This document shows positions 23,701 to 38,700 of a stretch of 64,000 nt of DNA, piece by piece. The position numbers and the translations under genes are program-made. The notes below the pieces were generated by a model that saw only the letters and a list, made by a program, of their open reading frames with translations, was not told where the DNA came from and searched no databases. Numbering within the stretch: the stretch's first letter is position 1; each line of letters begins with the position of its first letter. Source of the stretch: Antedon mediterranea (Eukaryota; Animalia; Echinodermata); contig NC_092677.1 of the NCBI RefSeq assembly GCF_964355755.1, positions 8,764,101 to 8,828,100 of the forward strand, written 5' to 3'.

Positions 23701-26700
23701 AACTACATTTTAATCTTGTTTATGCTTGCTTAATCATAAAATCTATTACAGTGACTCAAATCATATGTCATAGGCAGTAACAAACCATTTTACTGCATCA
23801 ATTGCAGTAGAATAATTTTGGGTTTGGGTTTATTCATTAGGGTAGAATAAAGTATAAAAAGAATCTTACCTGATTAGGAGGTGGCCAATAAGGTGAAACA
23901 TCACCAACTGGAGGCAGATGTTCTAAAGAAGTACCTGATAAAATCTTCTCTATCAAGACGTCATAGTTATTCTAGAAAATAAGCAAGATATATAAAATAG
24001 ATATGATACATTAATTTCATTATTACAGTATACAAACACTCCTTTGGGACACCTATATAAAGGGAGCAGGGCAATATATGTTTAAACTCTATGGCAAACC
24101 CTATTTAAGAGACACCTATATAAAGGGAGCAGGGCAATATATGTTTAAACTCTATGGCAAACCCTATTTAAGAGACACCTCTAATAAAGGGAGCAGGGCA
24201 ATATATGTTTGAACTCTATGGCAAACCCTATTTAAGAGACACCTATATAAAGGGAGCAGGGCAATATATGTTTAAACTCTATGGCAAACCCTATTTAAGA
24301 GACACCTCTAATAAAGGGAGCAGGGCAATATATGTTTAAACTCTATGGCAAACCCTATTTAAGAGACACCTATATAAAGGGAGCAGGGCAATATATGTTT
24401 AAACTCTATGGCAAACCCTATTTAAGAGACACCTCTAATAAAGGGAGCAGGGCAATATATCTTTAAACTCTATGGCAAACCCTATTTAAGAGACACCTCT
24501 ATAAAGGGAGCCGGGCAATATATGTTTAAACTCTATGGCAAACCCTATTTAAGAGACACCACTATAAAGGGAGTAGGACAATATATGTTTGAACTCTATG
24601 GCAAACCCTATTTAAGAGACACCTCTAATAAAGGGAGCAGGGCAATATATGTTTAAACTCTATGGCAAACCCTATTTAAGAGACACCTCTAATAAAGGGA
24701 GCAGGGCAATATATCTTTAAACTCTATGGCAAACCCTATTTAAGAGACACCTCTATAAAGGGAGCCGGGCAATATATGTTTAAACTCTATGGCAAACCCT
24801 ATTTAAGAGACACCTCTATAAAGGGAGTAGGACAATATATGTTTGAACTCTATGGCAAACCCTATTTAAGAGACACCTCTAATAAAGGGAGCAGGGCAAT
24901 ATATGTTTAAACTCTATGGCAAACCCTATTTAAGAGACACCTCTAATAAAGGGAGCAGGGCAATATATCTTTAAACTCTATGGCAAACCCTATTTAAGAG
25001 ACACCTCTATAAAGGGAGCCGGGCAATATATGTTTAAACTCTATGGCAAACCCTATTTAAGAGACACCTCTATAAAGGGAGTAGGACAATATATGTTTGA
25101 ACTCTATGGCAAACCCTATTTAAGAGACACCTCTAATAAAGGGAGCAGGGCAATATATGTTTGAACTCTATGGCAAACCCTATTTAAGAGACACCTCTAT
25201 AAAGGGAGCAGGGCAATATATTTTTTAACACTGGCAAAACTATGTTATGGTAGTTTTATAGTATAAATTAATCTCATACCTTTAGTTGTCGAACTTTCTT
25301 TGCATTAACTGTAACTGTAGCCTGCCAAGTTTGTATTGCAGATTGGTTGTCACTATAAATAAGCATTTATATAATAATTTTTATCAATACTTAAAAGTGT
25401 ATCTCTTCCTATCATGTGCGTATATATTTTAATTCTATTATTAAAACTATAAAAAATAAAGAATGATTGATTGGTTATCTATTGGATGATGTTTAACTAT
25501 GTGGAGTAGCTTTGCATCAGGAAGTGATCTGGAGGTCATAGGTGACCTCCAGATCACTTTTTCTCATTGTACAGTTTAAGGTAAAACATTAGGTCAGAGT
25601 AGGGCAAATGTGACCAATGGTTATTGTTATATAACTATTTAAAAAAAAAAAAAAAATACATTTACTGACCAAGTTGTTTGAGATTTGCTATTTTGGTCTA
25701 CCTTTGTATTGATATTCATTGAATGTTGTTAACAAACAAACATACATACTAACCTTTCATCAGAACTTTTTAATTTATCCCGATTTCTCTCTGCCTCTTT
25801 AATAACATCTACGAGGATCTTGCATTGGCTGTTACACATTATCTTTAGATAATTAATCTACAACAAAAAAAGTCAGAGTTTGTTTCTCTGTCTACAATAA
25901 CAAAAAAGTGTGATGTGCCCAAATATGGTAGTGATATGACTTCATCGTGTCCATATATGGGAACATTACCTTTTTTTTCACATACAGTTAGGTAGTGTAG
26001 TACAGTAAAAAAATGTATTGTTTCAAAACTTTCATTTTGTAGCTTTATTAAAGTTATTCATTTTCACCCAAAAAAAATGATTAAAATGGCTTAATCGGGA
26101 AATATATCTTTAAATTCAACTCATAAAGAATCAAAATGTTAAACCAGCTGATTCTCACCTCAGACTGTTCTGCTCGGGTCTTCAACCCTTTAGTTGACCT
26201 ATTATTTTCCTCAATAGCTTCTTTCATTTGGTTCTGCTCTGCAAAATATTTATCCCTTGGAACAAAGACCAACATGATTTAATACTGAAGCAAATTTGCA
26301 GCTTGCACAAAAGTTTTAATACATTGTCAAGATAATATTAAATGACAATAATAATTAAAAAATAAATATATAAATTTTACACTCACCTTTCTTGGTGTAG
26401 AATTGTCATCTTATGTGATAATTTGGACATTTCAGTTGTCATTCTAAAAGTATAAAGATATTGTTTCTTTAATGATTAGGAAAAACACAGTATTGTAATA
26501 AGAGCAATCGAAAGTAGCAACCTCCTCTAGGAGTAAAAAGAGAGAGAAAGAATCGTGATAAAGATCCATATTGCAGTTTTGCTTAAAATGAATAAAATAA
26601 TAAAATAAAATGTGGTCTAGAATTGGGATCCTGATCCGTCGCCACATATCTATCTGTGGTTTATTCCTGCTAACAGACAAATACACACACACATTTCTCT

Positions 26701-29700
26701 AACAAAAATATACCATTTAGTTATTTTTTCTTATATATTTTGATTTAATGAACATGAAGAGAACTAAAACGCACTGCTAATATTAACAGTGTACATAATG
26801 AGAGATATACAGTTTATGATGTTCTCCAATTAAAAATATTTAAATTAAGATAACAAAGCAATTTAATACATACTTAATTAAGTCATCATCAAGATTTTTT
26901 AACTTGTCAGCTTTTGCTTTTCCTTCTCTTTCGTAAAATGCTTGCTCACTTAACAGCTTCTTTTGGTGTTGATCAATAAGGTCTGCCTTCTCTTTAAGAT
27001 TTTTAGACAATTCCTAAAATAGAAAATGAGAAACAAATGAATATTGTTGTAAAAGGAGAATGAGGCACCATTTGATGGCAACTCAACACACAGATTTTTT
27101 ACATAAAATATGATAATACTACATGAAACAATAATCATTGAAAAGGCTTTCTTTACCATGCTTCAATGAATGAATGTTCTGTTGAGCACAGGAAAACCAG
27201 TTGATCATACAGATTCACATTTTGTTTTTTAAGGTCAATCAGGAAGTTACTTCATTAAAAAAAAAACCATGTCTATAATTTTTTTCTAAAATACAACTCA
27301 TCTTTACCTCATTTAGTAATTGAATTTTTTTATTTTCTTCTTTTAACCGAGAACTTTCTGAAACACTACTCTGCTTTAGGTGGGTATATTTTGTCAGGGA
27401 GTCTTTTAAACTTTCCTAAAAAATAATAAATAGTCATATAATAAATAACATACATATCTGTTTTCTTGCTCAATTCAGTAGTTTTGGCTTAGAAAGTAAC
27501 AATTATTTTGTTAGCCTTAAAGTTTAAGCATGTATTTGAGGATACAGCAGAACACCCACATTAAGGGGACACTACATCTTGTGAAATGAAAATGTGCAAT
27601 ATTTGTTTTAACGCCGCTGCCTATAACTCTGGAGGTATCTCAAATCTCAAATACAAAACTATATTAAAATTACCTGCAATTGATTATTCTTGGTCATACT
27701 TTCTAGAAGTTCCTGTTTGAACGGCTCATACGGTGTTGTAATCAGACACACATTCTTCGTCTTTGGTGTGCATTGTACAAACTTACTTTTCCTTTGAAAC
27801 TTCTTTTTCTCAATATCCATACAACGATTTTTAAATTTAATAAGACACTCAATCATCTTCCACCACAAACCATGTGGTATTTTTACGACATTCATTTTCT
27901 CAGAGTTGTCAAAATTTGGAAGATCAATTTTAAACCAGTCAAAATTCTCATTGAAAGAGTTAAATAATGCAGTAGCTTCAATTAAAATGTCTTCATTTAC
28001 TGGATCTTTCTCTTCTGGTACATTTTGATCCAAAGTTTTCTCTTGTGATGAATGTTCCTCTTTTGCTGGCAATGGCTCCTTTTTATCAGAAACACAAGGG
28101 TTATCAGATTTATTATTTTTTTCTTTTTCATAAGAAAATGGAGTTGGAGTGTTTAGACAGAAGCCTTTGACGATCTCTGGTGGTAGAACTGAATTTGAAT
28201 TGTTAGTTAGTTTGCCAGATGCATCTACTGATCCCATGGTCAAACCACCAGGAGATGCAGATCCTATACCAGAATCATTGACACTGGAAGTTGGTACTGG
28301 TGTTGGACCATTACTATCACTAACATTTAAACTTGAGGATTTTTGTTCTTTTGCATCGTCATCCTGAGAGGAACCAATACTAGATTCTTCCATAATATAT
28401 CTCTCCAGTTCCAACTCTTGTCCTAGAATGTCATCATCAATATATTCCTCATCTCCTGGAAATTTCTCTATGATTTTCTTACTGCTGCAGTCTTCTGCTT
28501 TACTCTCTTGACTTCCATCACTGTTTTTTAAACTATTTTCTTCTGTTGAGGTTTCTGTTGATTGTGATTCTTCATCATCTTGATCTACAGCACCGTTGTG
28601 GTCTGTCTCACTAGCTGTCGAATATCTATCCGACTGTTCTGATAGTTTCTCATCATCATCGTCATCATCATCATCATCCAGTTCATCTATCGTAATTTCA
28701 TCCACACCATCTACAGTATTGTAACTTTTATTCACCACTTTCTTTTTCAAACTCTCCATCTCAAGACTTAACAATGGTTGGAACTTATTTGGTGGAGGCT
28801 CTGGAGACTTGTGAATTCTGGCAGCTTCCATATCTGGATCGATTGGTTGGCCATGTTTTCTTGCGAGGATCTCTTTGCATCTGACAGCATGCTTTAATAG
28901 ACAGATGTGGTCCTCAAACATCGCAAATTTTAATGATTTTAGAAGGAATTGATGAAGGCCACCAGCTCCATCGACAATTACGTGAGCTTGCTCAGGAAAC
29001 GAGTTGAAATCATCTAGTAGTTTACTACTATTTATAGGAAGAGGTCCTTCTTTTTCCAAAACTGCATGAAAATAACTACAACAGAAGACGACAAAAAAGA
29101 CATAAATTTTTGTTAAAACGCTATTGTATTTAAAGATTATATTTTTTTTTTGTATTTTGTATTAATATTTGTCCTCAAGTGAGGAAATTCGGATTAGGCC
29201 CTCCACGGACCCACGGCAGCCAGCAGTGCAGCGCCTACCAGATTAGGCAATGAGAGTAAAGCATCTTGCCTAAGGATGCAATTAGTATGGTACAGATAAC
29301 CTCGAACCCATGCCTATCACATGCTAGTCCGATATTACCATTACACCATCACTCTCCAGTATATACAGCACCCGCCACGATTTCTAGACGGTCTCCCATC
29401 CAGAACGCAACCGGGCCCAATGTTGCTTAACTTCGGTGATCTGACGAGAACCGGTGTTTCAACGCAGTATGGCCGTATACGCAGTATGGCCGTATATATA
29501 TAGCCAGAACCCAATTTCTTTTAGGGATCTTGTCAACATTATTCTACTGCAGTAATTTTTTTGGGTAATCATACAGACCGTTTCAATGTTTATGTTGAAA
29601 TAAACAAACTACATGTTTCTACAGTAACATAATTTTTACACGAGTCTTATCACTACCATATTTGAAAACAATACATTTTTATGTTACATAAAGTTTGAGA

Positions 29701-32700
29701 ATAGAATAGATTTTACATTTAAAACTTTATCAATTTAAAAAGCAGTTTTGTAAAACAAACAGACCTGAGATAATGTCTTCAGTTAGGCCATTTCATATTT
29801 CAACAACTGTATCTAAAAATGCTTAAGGTTGTCAAACCAGAATATAAAGCTCTATCTACACTATCAAACTAGTAAAAAAAAGTATGATGTGCCCAAATAT
29901 GGTAGTATTATGTTGTCATGTCCATATGGACACATAACATTTTGTTGTCACATAAAGTTTGATAGTATAGACAGAGCTTAAGGTTATACCTACACTATCA
30001 AATTAGTTTGACAAAAAATTATGATGTGCCCAAATATGGTAGTGATATGTATTCATTGTGTCCATATAAGCATATCAAATTTGTTGTCACATTAAGTTTG
30101 ATAGTGTAGACAGAGCTTTACTACTTACGAATACATCATAAAAATCATTTCATCCATAGTTTCTGTGAAGGTTTCTAGAGCCTGAGGGGAAACGCCAGGA
30201 ATGGAAATGGGAGATTCATCGCTTGTGTTCGGTAATGGCGTCATGTATTTCCTATAATGGAAAAAAATTAAATTAAAAATACATTTTCACACTATTTAAG
30301 TGGAAGAGGTATCTAACTTATTTGTTGCAAACTCTTGAAAAAAACAAAGTTATACTTTATACTATACCAAGTGTCGCTGAGTGCCTGGTACCCTGACAAT
30401 AACAATATCGATATGCAATAGAATAGGCTTTAATATTGTTGAAAGACTTGCATTGTGAATAAACAATGTGAATTGCCTTTTATTAGGTTATATGCATGAT
30501 ATGCATATAACCTCTTGATTCTGTCAGAATCTTTATTTATTTCTTTATTTATTCTTTCCTTAGCACTATTTTGTCCGTGAATTATCTTGATATCAGTTTC
30601 ATCTATCTAAGTCAATTTTTCAGAGTATATTCCTTATGGCCAGGAATCGATGTGGTTATGTTTTCAGGGTGCGCAATCAAACATTACGCGGTCTACGCGC
30701 GATTTAACGAAATCACGTTTGTAATCATATCTTCACAAGCATGAATCACTTTTAAACAAAATTTGGTACTCATAAATTTCAGGTCATATTTCATCATATG
30801 GCAATACAATTACGTGCGTAGCGCATATAACGCATGCGTACGCGCGCTTAAAATGTTGAAAATTGTCAGAATTTATTTTCGATGAAATTAGAGTACGTTT
30901 CAGGCAATTTTAAGCGTTTAAAAAATTGCCATGAGTGCGCAGATTTTTGCACGTGCACTGCGCGTCAAACGTTAATGCGCACTGTTTTTGTCCGATTCCT
31001 GTTGTATAACCTTTCTTTAATAATATCATCATATTTTATTCACTTTTCAACGCGAAACAGCGTTATACGAGCACGTCAAAAGTGACAGGCTACGCACGTG
31101 TAAGTTAACAAAATGGTGAAAATATGCTAAATTTTAAAATTAATATATATCGTTAGAATGCTCGGGAACACCTATTTTTTATTTAATTTTCTTGAAGTGT
31201 ATGTATCATATGTATGATTTATTATGAAATTAGAAGAACAAAAGTTGATTAAGTCATCATTAATGGCATATTAAATTTAACAAAATTAATTTCGACAATC
31301 AAACAAATTATAACATTTTCTTAGGCCAAAATAACAAACTTAACATAAACTTTCTTCCTTAAGAAGTTCATATATTAAAGTTAAAAGTATATAGTTTGAC
31401 AGTGCATCATTTTTTTCAATTTTTAAAGATGTCATCATAGTAAAACATTATAATCCATTGCGGTATGTAATAATCTATCTGCACCAAAGTGGTTACTGCA
31501 TAGTAAATACACGGAGGAATTTTTCTCCAACTTTTAGTCAGTTGTGTATGGCTCGATGGGCTGTGCTCGTGCCTATGCCATTCAAGGTACCGAGATCGAG
31601 TCTCACCTTGGGAAACGAAATAAGATTTTTTTTTTATTATCCGTATTGTTTGTTCAAATTTATTTCTTAGTGTATAGATTATACACATGATTTATTATGA
31701 AATCTAGATAAAAATTAACTTATGTCTTTATTATTATGTAACAACAAATGTGGTTTATGACATTATACGCATATGGATCTTTGATCGGATTGTGATACCG
31801 GCTATGGTGTTCGCGTTAGCAAGGTCCTATCATATATTATAAATAATTAAAGATTCTGAGAAAATCAATCAATCACTATATCTTTTAAAAATCAATTATC
31901 TTTATTTAAATCAATGCATATAACCTATAATTCGTCATAGTGACGAATTAAATCTAGTTATATATTTGTATTTTGAACTATGAGCTCAATGTAATTTCCC
32001 AAACAGATGAATAAAAGTGACATTGACTTTGACACTGGTAAAGTTGGTGTACCACAAACCTAACTATTAAATTTTAGAAAAGTAAAAAAAAAAAAAAAGA
32101 GATTCACTTACGTGTATTCGATAAAACCGTTTTCATCTGCATCTTCATGGCCCCAGAATCGTCGATCCTCATCACCAGTAAATTTAATTTGAAAATCAGA
32201 AATGGCTTTCTGTTTATAAACAAAAGTTCAGTATTTAGTGAAAAATACATATTGAAATCATTATTTATTAGGCCTAAAAATGTTTCTTAAAATGTTAATT
32301 ATTTTAATAATAATAATAATAATAATTAAAAAATATAAATAAATTTGAAATAGTTAGTTACTAAAATCTGAAATACATATTGAAATCATTATTTATTAGG
32401 CCTAACAAATGTTTCCCTGTCCTTTTTTCCTCTGTTTTTAATAAAATAATATATAATTAATTATAAACATTTTAATAATAAAATACTATAGATTTAATCT
32501 ATAAAGATACCACAAATTTAAAATTATTTAATTAGCTACTAAATCTTTTAATTATTATTTTGTTCCAAATAGTTAATTAATCATCAATCTCTGGTAATAA
32601 AAACAAATAGGAAAACACAAAAATGTGTAGCTCAAACAAACTAACACTATGGCCTGCAAAAAAAGCAGCCTTTAACAGGTGCCCAAGCACTGGCTCAGCC

Positions 32701-35700
32701 TGCTCACAAAACATGGCCTAGTACACCTCACTGCCTGTCTGCACACCTCACTCTCTGTCTGCACACCTCACTGTCTGCTAAACAATAACAAGCACCACAC
32801 CACACTAGCCTTTTAAAGCAGTCACATGCATTTACATAACAAAAGAAATTTGCATAACACCTGCAATTTTTTTGTCAGGTTTTCTTTAAAACATTTGTAT
32901 TATAATACTGTAGTAGATTTGATCTATGATTAAACAAATTATATTCTCTAAAAAAAATATTATTTTGTATTTTAATAAAATTATTTAACATTTTTATTAA
33001 AAATGTTTATACAAAGCTTATTTAATTTTTTCTATTGATTAGATGTTTATTAATTTCAGTACTTGATAAAAACATTTTTTTTTATCTTTTATCAAATTGC
33101 AGTTCAAATGTTGGTTATCATTTGATTTTTTTTATTGTTTTTGTTATTTTTATCTGATGATTAATGTTTTTTATTTTATTAAATATGTTATAAAAGAATG
33201 TCTTAATATTTATTTTAAAATGCAGTGTCATAATCAATCAAATAACCAACACAGTATAATGTGTGTACATGTTGGTAACCATACAGTATCTAATGATAGT
33301 AGTACCCCTATTGAAGAGACACCCTCAGGACCCAACAAAGTACCCTCTTAGACGTGGTGTCCCCTTAATAGGGGTTAGCACTTAGTTAGTTAGTTAGTTA
33401 GTTAGCATTTTTTTCTTGTTTGTTTCACAGAAGTGTCCCCTGAATCGGAGTATCCTAAAGAAGAGGGTCTATGGCACTTTTTTAATAACCCTCCAAACAA
33501 GGGAAACTTTTGCACCAATAAAGTTTCCCCTCTGAAAGCTCTGTTTACAATGTCAAAAAAGTGTGATGTACCTAAACATAGTAGTAATATAACATCACCG
33601 TGTCCATATATTGGCACATCACATTTTTTTGTTACATAAAGATAGACAGAGCTTTATATTCATCTACAGTTAAAGAAATAAGACATTTGCAAACCTTTGA
33701 CTTTTGTTTCTTCTTCTTTGTTGCTTTTGAGTGAGTAGGAAACACTTCTTCGATATCATCCTTCTTTAATACATACTCGTAGTTGACCTGCTCCTTGGGT
33801 ATTTCCTCTTCCTTCTTCTTTGTTGCTTCTTCCTTCGGCTTTTCCTCAGTCACTGTCGCTGCATCTATTTCAGGAGTTGTCGTCGTTTCTTTTTTAGGTT
33901 TCATATCCTTTGACTTAGTTTGCAGTTCTAAAATGAAATCAATAGATTGGCTAGTTTATTTATTTTAAAAGGTTGTTAGTGTATTTATTTATTGGCCCTC
34001 ATTAACTTCAGTGTGAACTTGTACTGCAAGGATCTTAGAGATAAAGTTATTTTCTGTAATGTTATTGTATTTTCATGACTATCTGATAAATATTATCAGC
34101 AAATTTTAAAACAAAGGCACCCCTATTAGGAGGACAAACAAAAAAATATCTCCCCTTATTAGGGATATCCTTTTGAAAGCAGTAGGTTGTCATGTCAAAT
34201 ATGTCTAACCTTTTGTTTCACTGGTGGCTTCGGTAATTTTAACTTCTGGTTCATCTTCAGATATTTTTTTTTGCTTCTTTTTCAGTCGCTTTTTCTTAGA
34301 TTTTCTATCAAATAATGAAGAAAAAAAAATTAAATAACAAACAATTATTTGTTATATTTAAATGTATCATTTCACCCTGTACCCCCAAACTGTATTGTTA
34401 GTTGTACTTACGAAGTAGTTGGCTGTTGTGGCTGGGAAACCTTCGGAGGATGCTTAGCCTTACTAGACGGTTCAGCTTTGGCCTAAAAAAAGATAAATAA
34501 TTTTTAAATGTTCTGTCACAAGTTATACTTGAATATACATATTTACAGATGAAACCAAAACGTGTACAGATTAGAGCAAGAAAAACAAACTACAGTAAGA
34601 CGTTAAGTATAGTATAGTTAAACATTGGTTTTTTTTTTCATAGTAACTTATGACATTATGTAAATGTATTTTATATATATCATTTTGTATCATTTGATGT
34701 ATTATTGTTATTACTATACTGTATAGGAAACCATTTCAATTTTAACTATCATGATAATTTTAATAGCCTCATCAACAATTATTTTTGTAACTACTTCTTC
34801 TTTATGTATATATATATATATAAATATATGAGAAATATTGCCACAGTATATAGTACTAATTTTAATTTTTTTTTTTTAACCTTGTAAATTTGCTTAAGTG
34901 TCCCTATCCGTCATTTTATATTAATTGTGTTCAATATGGATTTTTTTTTTTTTTAATATTCTCATTTTAGGCAAATTGCCAAGGATTACCACAAGTGAAT
35001 TCATTCACTATCCTTCTCAAAGGTGGCAATTCCATTCACAAGACAAACCTATACACAAGATGCTCTACATAAACAAAGACTTATTACAAGTCTTTGGGAG
35101 TGGAGTTGTAAATTGTCATGAGAAAAAAACCCTGACATATGGCAGGACTTAAACCCAGGACCCTTAGATTGGTAGCCAAGCATCATAACCACCCAGCCAC
35201 AGCTCCACTTCCTGTGTGTGCCACTGATGTAAAGGTGCAATTTCCAAATAAATTGATTGATTGATAAGAATGGAATAACTAACTTAATAAATCTTTATTA
35301 CAAAGTGAATAAACATTTTTTAGAAATATAGGCCTTACGGCGAAGCTGAAATGATGCCTGGAAAAGCAATCCCGTTCCTCATCAAGCATAATACTTTTTT
35401 ACCACATATACTGTTCTAAATAAATACTAATAGTACAAAAAGTAAAAGTTCCACAAAAAAATACCTGGCGTTTGGTAGAAAATTACCGTTAAAATTGGTA
35501 AATATGCCAACGATTTCTTACGAAATAGCGAGGCTGAAACAACTGGTGGCGCACTATAACTAGACTGTACTATTATTATCACGGTTTATAAGAAATATAT
35601 AGGCAAGTTATTTATTATCAAAATAGATTTATTCTTTATTTTTTTAAATAAATTTGGTGAATACAAATTTATATTAACTCTAAAATTAATATTTAGAGTT

Positions 35701-38700
35701 AATAATTATCCCCCGACATTAAAACATTTATAATTACAAATGGCTTCAACTGTTCGTATAATGGTTTCTCCCGACAGGTAGGCTATTAATAGCAGTAGAA
35801 ATACAGCAGCAATATTATGCGAAGTTTATACCGTAGGATGTACAGAGTGACTGATATGATTTAACTGTGAAACATATAGAACACATATTCCTAGTAATAA
35901 ACACCAATGCAATAGTAAATTTAAATTATTAAATAAAATACAAACATCAAATATTTGTTTTGTTTCAATGTAATTGTATTTATTCTCATGGTTAATATTT
36001 TTCTTTATATTCTCATGGTTACACAATTTCTTTTAATGGTTACACAATTTCTTTATATTCTCATAGTTACTATTTTTCTTTATATTCTCATGGTTACAGT
36101 TTTTATTATTATATTCTCATGGTTAAATTATTTATTTATATTCTCATGGTTACAGTTTTTATTATTATATTCTCGTGGTTACATTATTTATTTATATTCT
36201 CATGGTTACAGTTTTTATTATTATATTCTCATGGTTATATTATTTATTTATATTCTCATGGTTTCCATTTTGTTTTCATTTTTTTTAAATCTTTTTTTTT
36301 ATTCACATGCTCACAGTTTCTGTTTGCATAACCATGGTTAGTGTTTCACATTGGTTATAGTGTAGGCCTATTACATTACAGTTACTTTTTATGATGATTT
36401 TGTTGCATTCAAAACCGTATAAACTATATTTCATATTCATCTTCCTCATAGTCTAATTCACCATAGTCTAATTCATCATCTTCAATGCCATAGTCTGGTG
36501 TGTCTTCTTTTTCTTCTTCTTCTTCTCTTGTCCTGTTTTCACACTCATCTCATTCACACTCGAACAGTTAATCCTAGAGCAAGTGACTTTGGAGTCTGCC
36601 TTCTTCCTTTCCAAGCAAGGTACAGGATGTCCTGGCATATCGATAAAATTTTCGTTCGAGTTTCTTCAGTAACATCTGAAAATGAGGTTTGTATAGTATC
36701 TTCTGCAGCACCAACACACTTTGCGATTAGATTAAACAACTCATATGGCACAATTTCAGATATGTCAACATCATTAATGTCCGCTGCTCTTGGAGGCCAT
36801 TCACTCTGCATACCTTTGTTTGATTTGATGGCATTATTTACTATCGTACCTGCAAGTACATTTTATAGCATTGGGTGAATGAAACATAGTAATAATAAAT
36901 TTATATAAAGCATATACTGTATTGTGTACAGCATTTATGATCGACACCACTTACTATCATAACAGTTTTGTTTTTTGAGTGCATACAGCTTTCACCTCTT
37001 TGATCCACAGCATTTCCTTAATTATGCAATAACATTTATTGTTGTTATTTAAAAATAAACCAATATATACAAGTTATTGTATTTTAACCGTACCTGCAAA
37101 ATATAGAGTCCTTAGTTTGTCTCTATTGTCACCATCAGTGGAGATTTCGTGTGTTGTAGAAGTAGTTGGAATATCTATGTCATACTTTGATGATTCATCT
37201 GTCTCCGTTGTACTTTTTCCTGATGACAAAAATGGATCAGCCACAAATCCTGGGGATACATTGCTAAAGTACACCAGAACTGATTCATTTCTAATTAAGA
37301 AAAAATAAATAAAATATTTAGTTTGACCAATCCACAAAAAGATTTTTTTTTTTAAATTATCCCTGGTGAAATAATCATTTAATATAAACACACTAAGCAA
37401 CTAACCTTCTTGTGGGTGAATGAAAAATTAGGTTAGGATAATCCATCCTGAGCTTCTTCTTCAACACGTCTGATCTATAAATAACACATTAATTGATTAT
37501 AATTAATTGTAACACAGATAAAATGAAGAAATTATTACAGTAACTGGATCTCAAAAATATTACAAAATTATTTCATCGTTTTTAAGAAGGGATTGACAGC
37601 CTACCTTATAGTTGACAAGTAAACTTTTTCTGTTTTTTTCAATTGATTTCATGAAAAGCTTTTGGAGTTTTGCGAGTCTTAGTATCTCCTGTCCATACTG
37701 TAACCGTTTATCAATTACATCTCTGCAAAATACCTTATAGCTTTGCTTATATGTTAAAAAAACACTTTCCAATTCCCTGTAAATAATAATAAATACTGTA
37801 TTATTAAAATATATTTTAATATTTTATAGATTTTGGTGTTTAAAAATTCAACATTTAGACTGAAGCAAATAAAAAAAAAATTTAAAATGTAAATTTAAAA
37901 AACCAACAGAGTTTTAGAAAGTTACGTTTTACTCACTTTCCAGAATCATGTCATTTACGTGAATTAACAACTATTTTGGTGTAGTTTTTGTAACATTGGT
38001 CATGATATCGCACTTCAATACAAGCACAGCTTTTGCCTCGAATGTCTTTTAAAATACTTTCGTCCTCTCTCATTTCTGCAGCTTTTCGCAACATTCCTGT
38101 CATAAATCAAATCAACAAAAGCAATAGTGTGTAATTCCTAAATGATTGAAATGATATTTTGTTATGCATAACTACAGCATGGAGATATAAAATGTATAGC
38201 TCCATGATTACACTATATAGCAAAGGTTCACATGGAAGAAATGTCCTGGAACACCTCATTATGCTGTACAGTAGGAAGGTTTTCTAATTGGATTACATCA
38301 GTTGAGCCTGCAAAACTCATTATAGGATGGGGATTAGAAAGCAGATTGATTAATTAACCATATGTTTACAAATTTCAAGGATAGGAGAAACAACAATAAC
38401 AAGTGAATTTTTTTTCTTCAAATAATTACCTGCATCATCTGTTAAAGCCTTTCTTAATTTATCATGACCTCTTTTGCCTTGGATCGTCACTAATTTGTCT
38501 TGCAATTTACAAATGATACATTTCTTTGGCAAAATTGTGGCTTTTTGAACCATTGCTGTGGCTGAACTACTTCTCAAAAAATGCTTGGCCCTCTTAACTG
38601 GTGGCTCATCTGGGCTCTCACTGTCTCCTGCTTGGGATCTCTTTTTGGCAACTCTTGTTTCAGCCTAAACATCAATTTCAACGTATAATTAATTTATACA

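Noticed and set aside
29363-29480. Functional 5S rRNA gene
   Set aside because: It is diverged with indels, has no oligo-T terminator and reads straight into a tRNA-like/SINE body, so it is called as a SINE head.
35955-36341. Hydrophobic multi-TM-looking ORFs
   Set aside because: Translation of an AT-rich minisatellite inside the Academ element.
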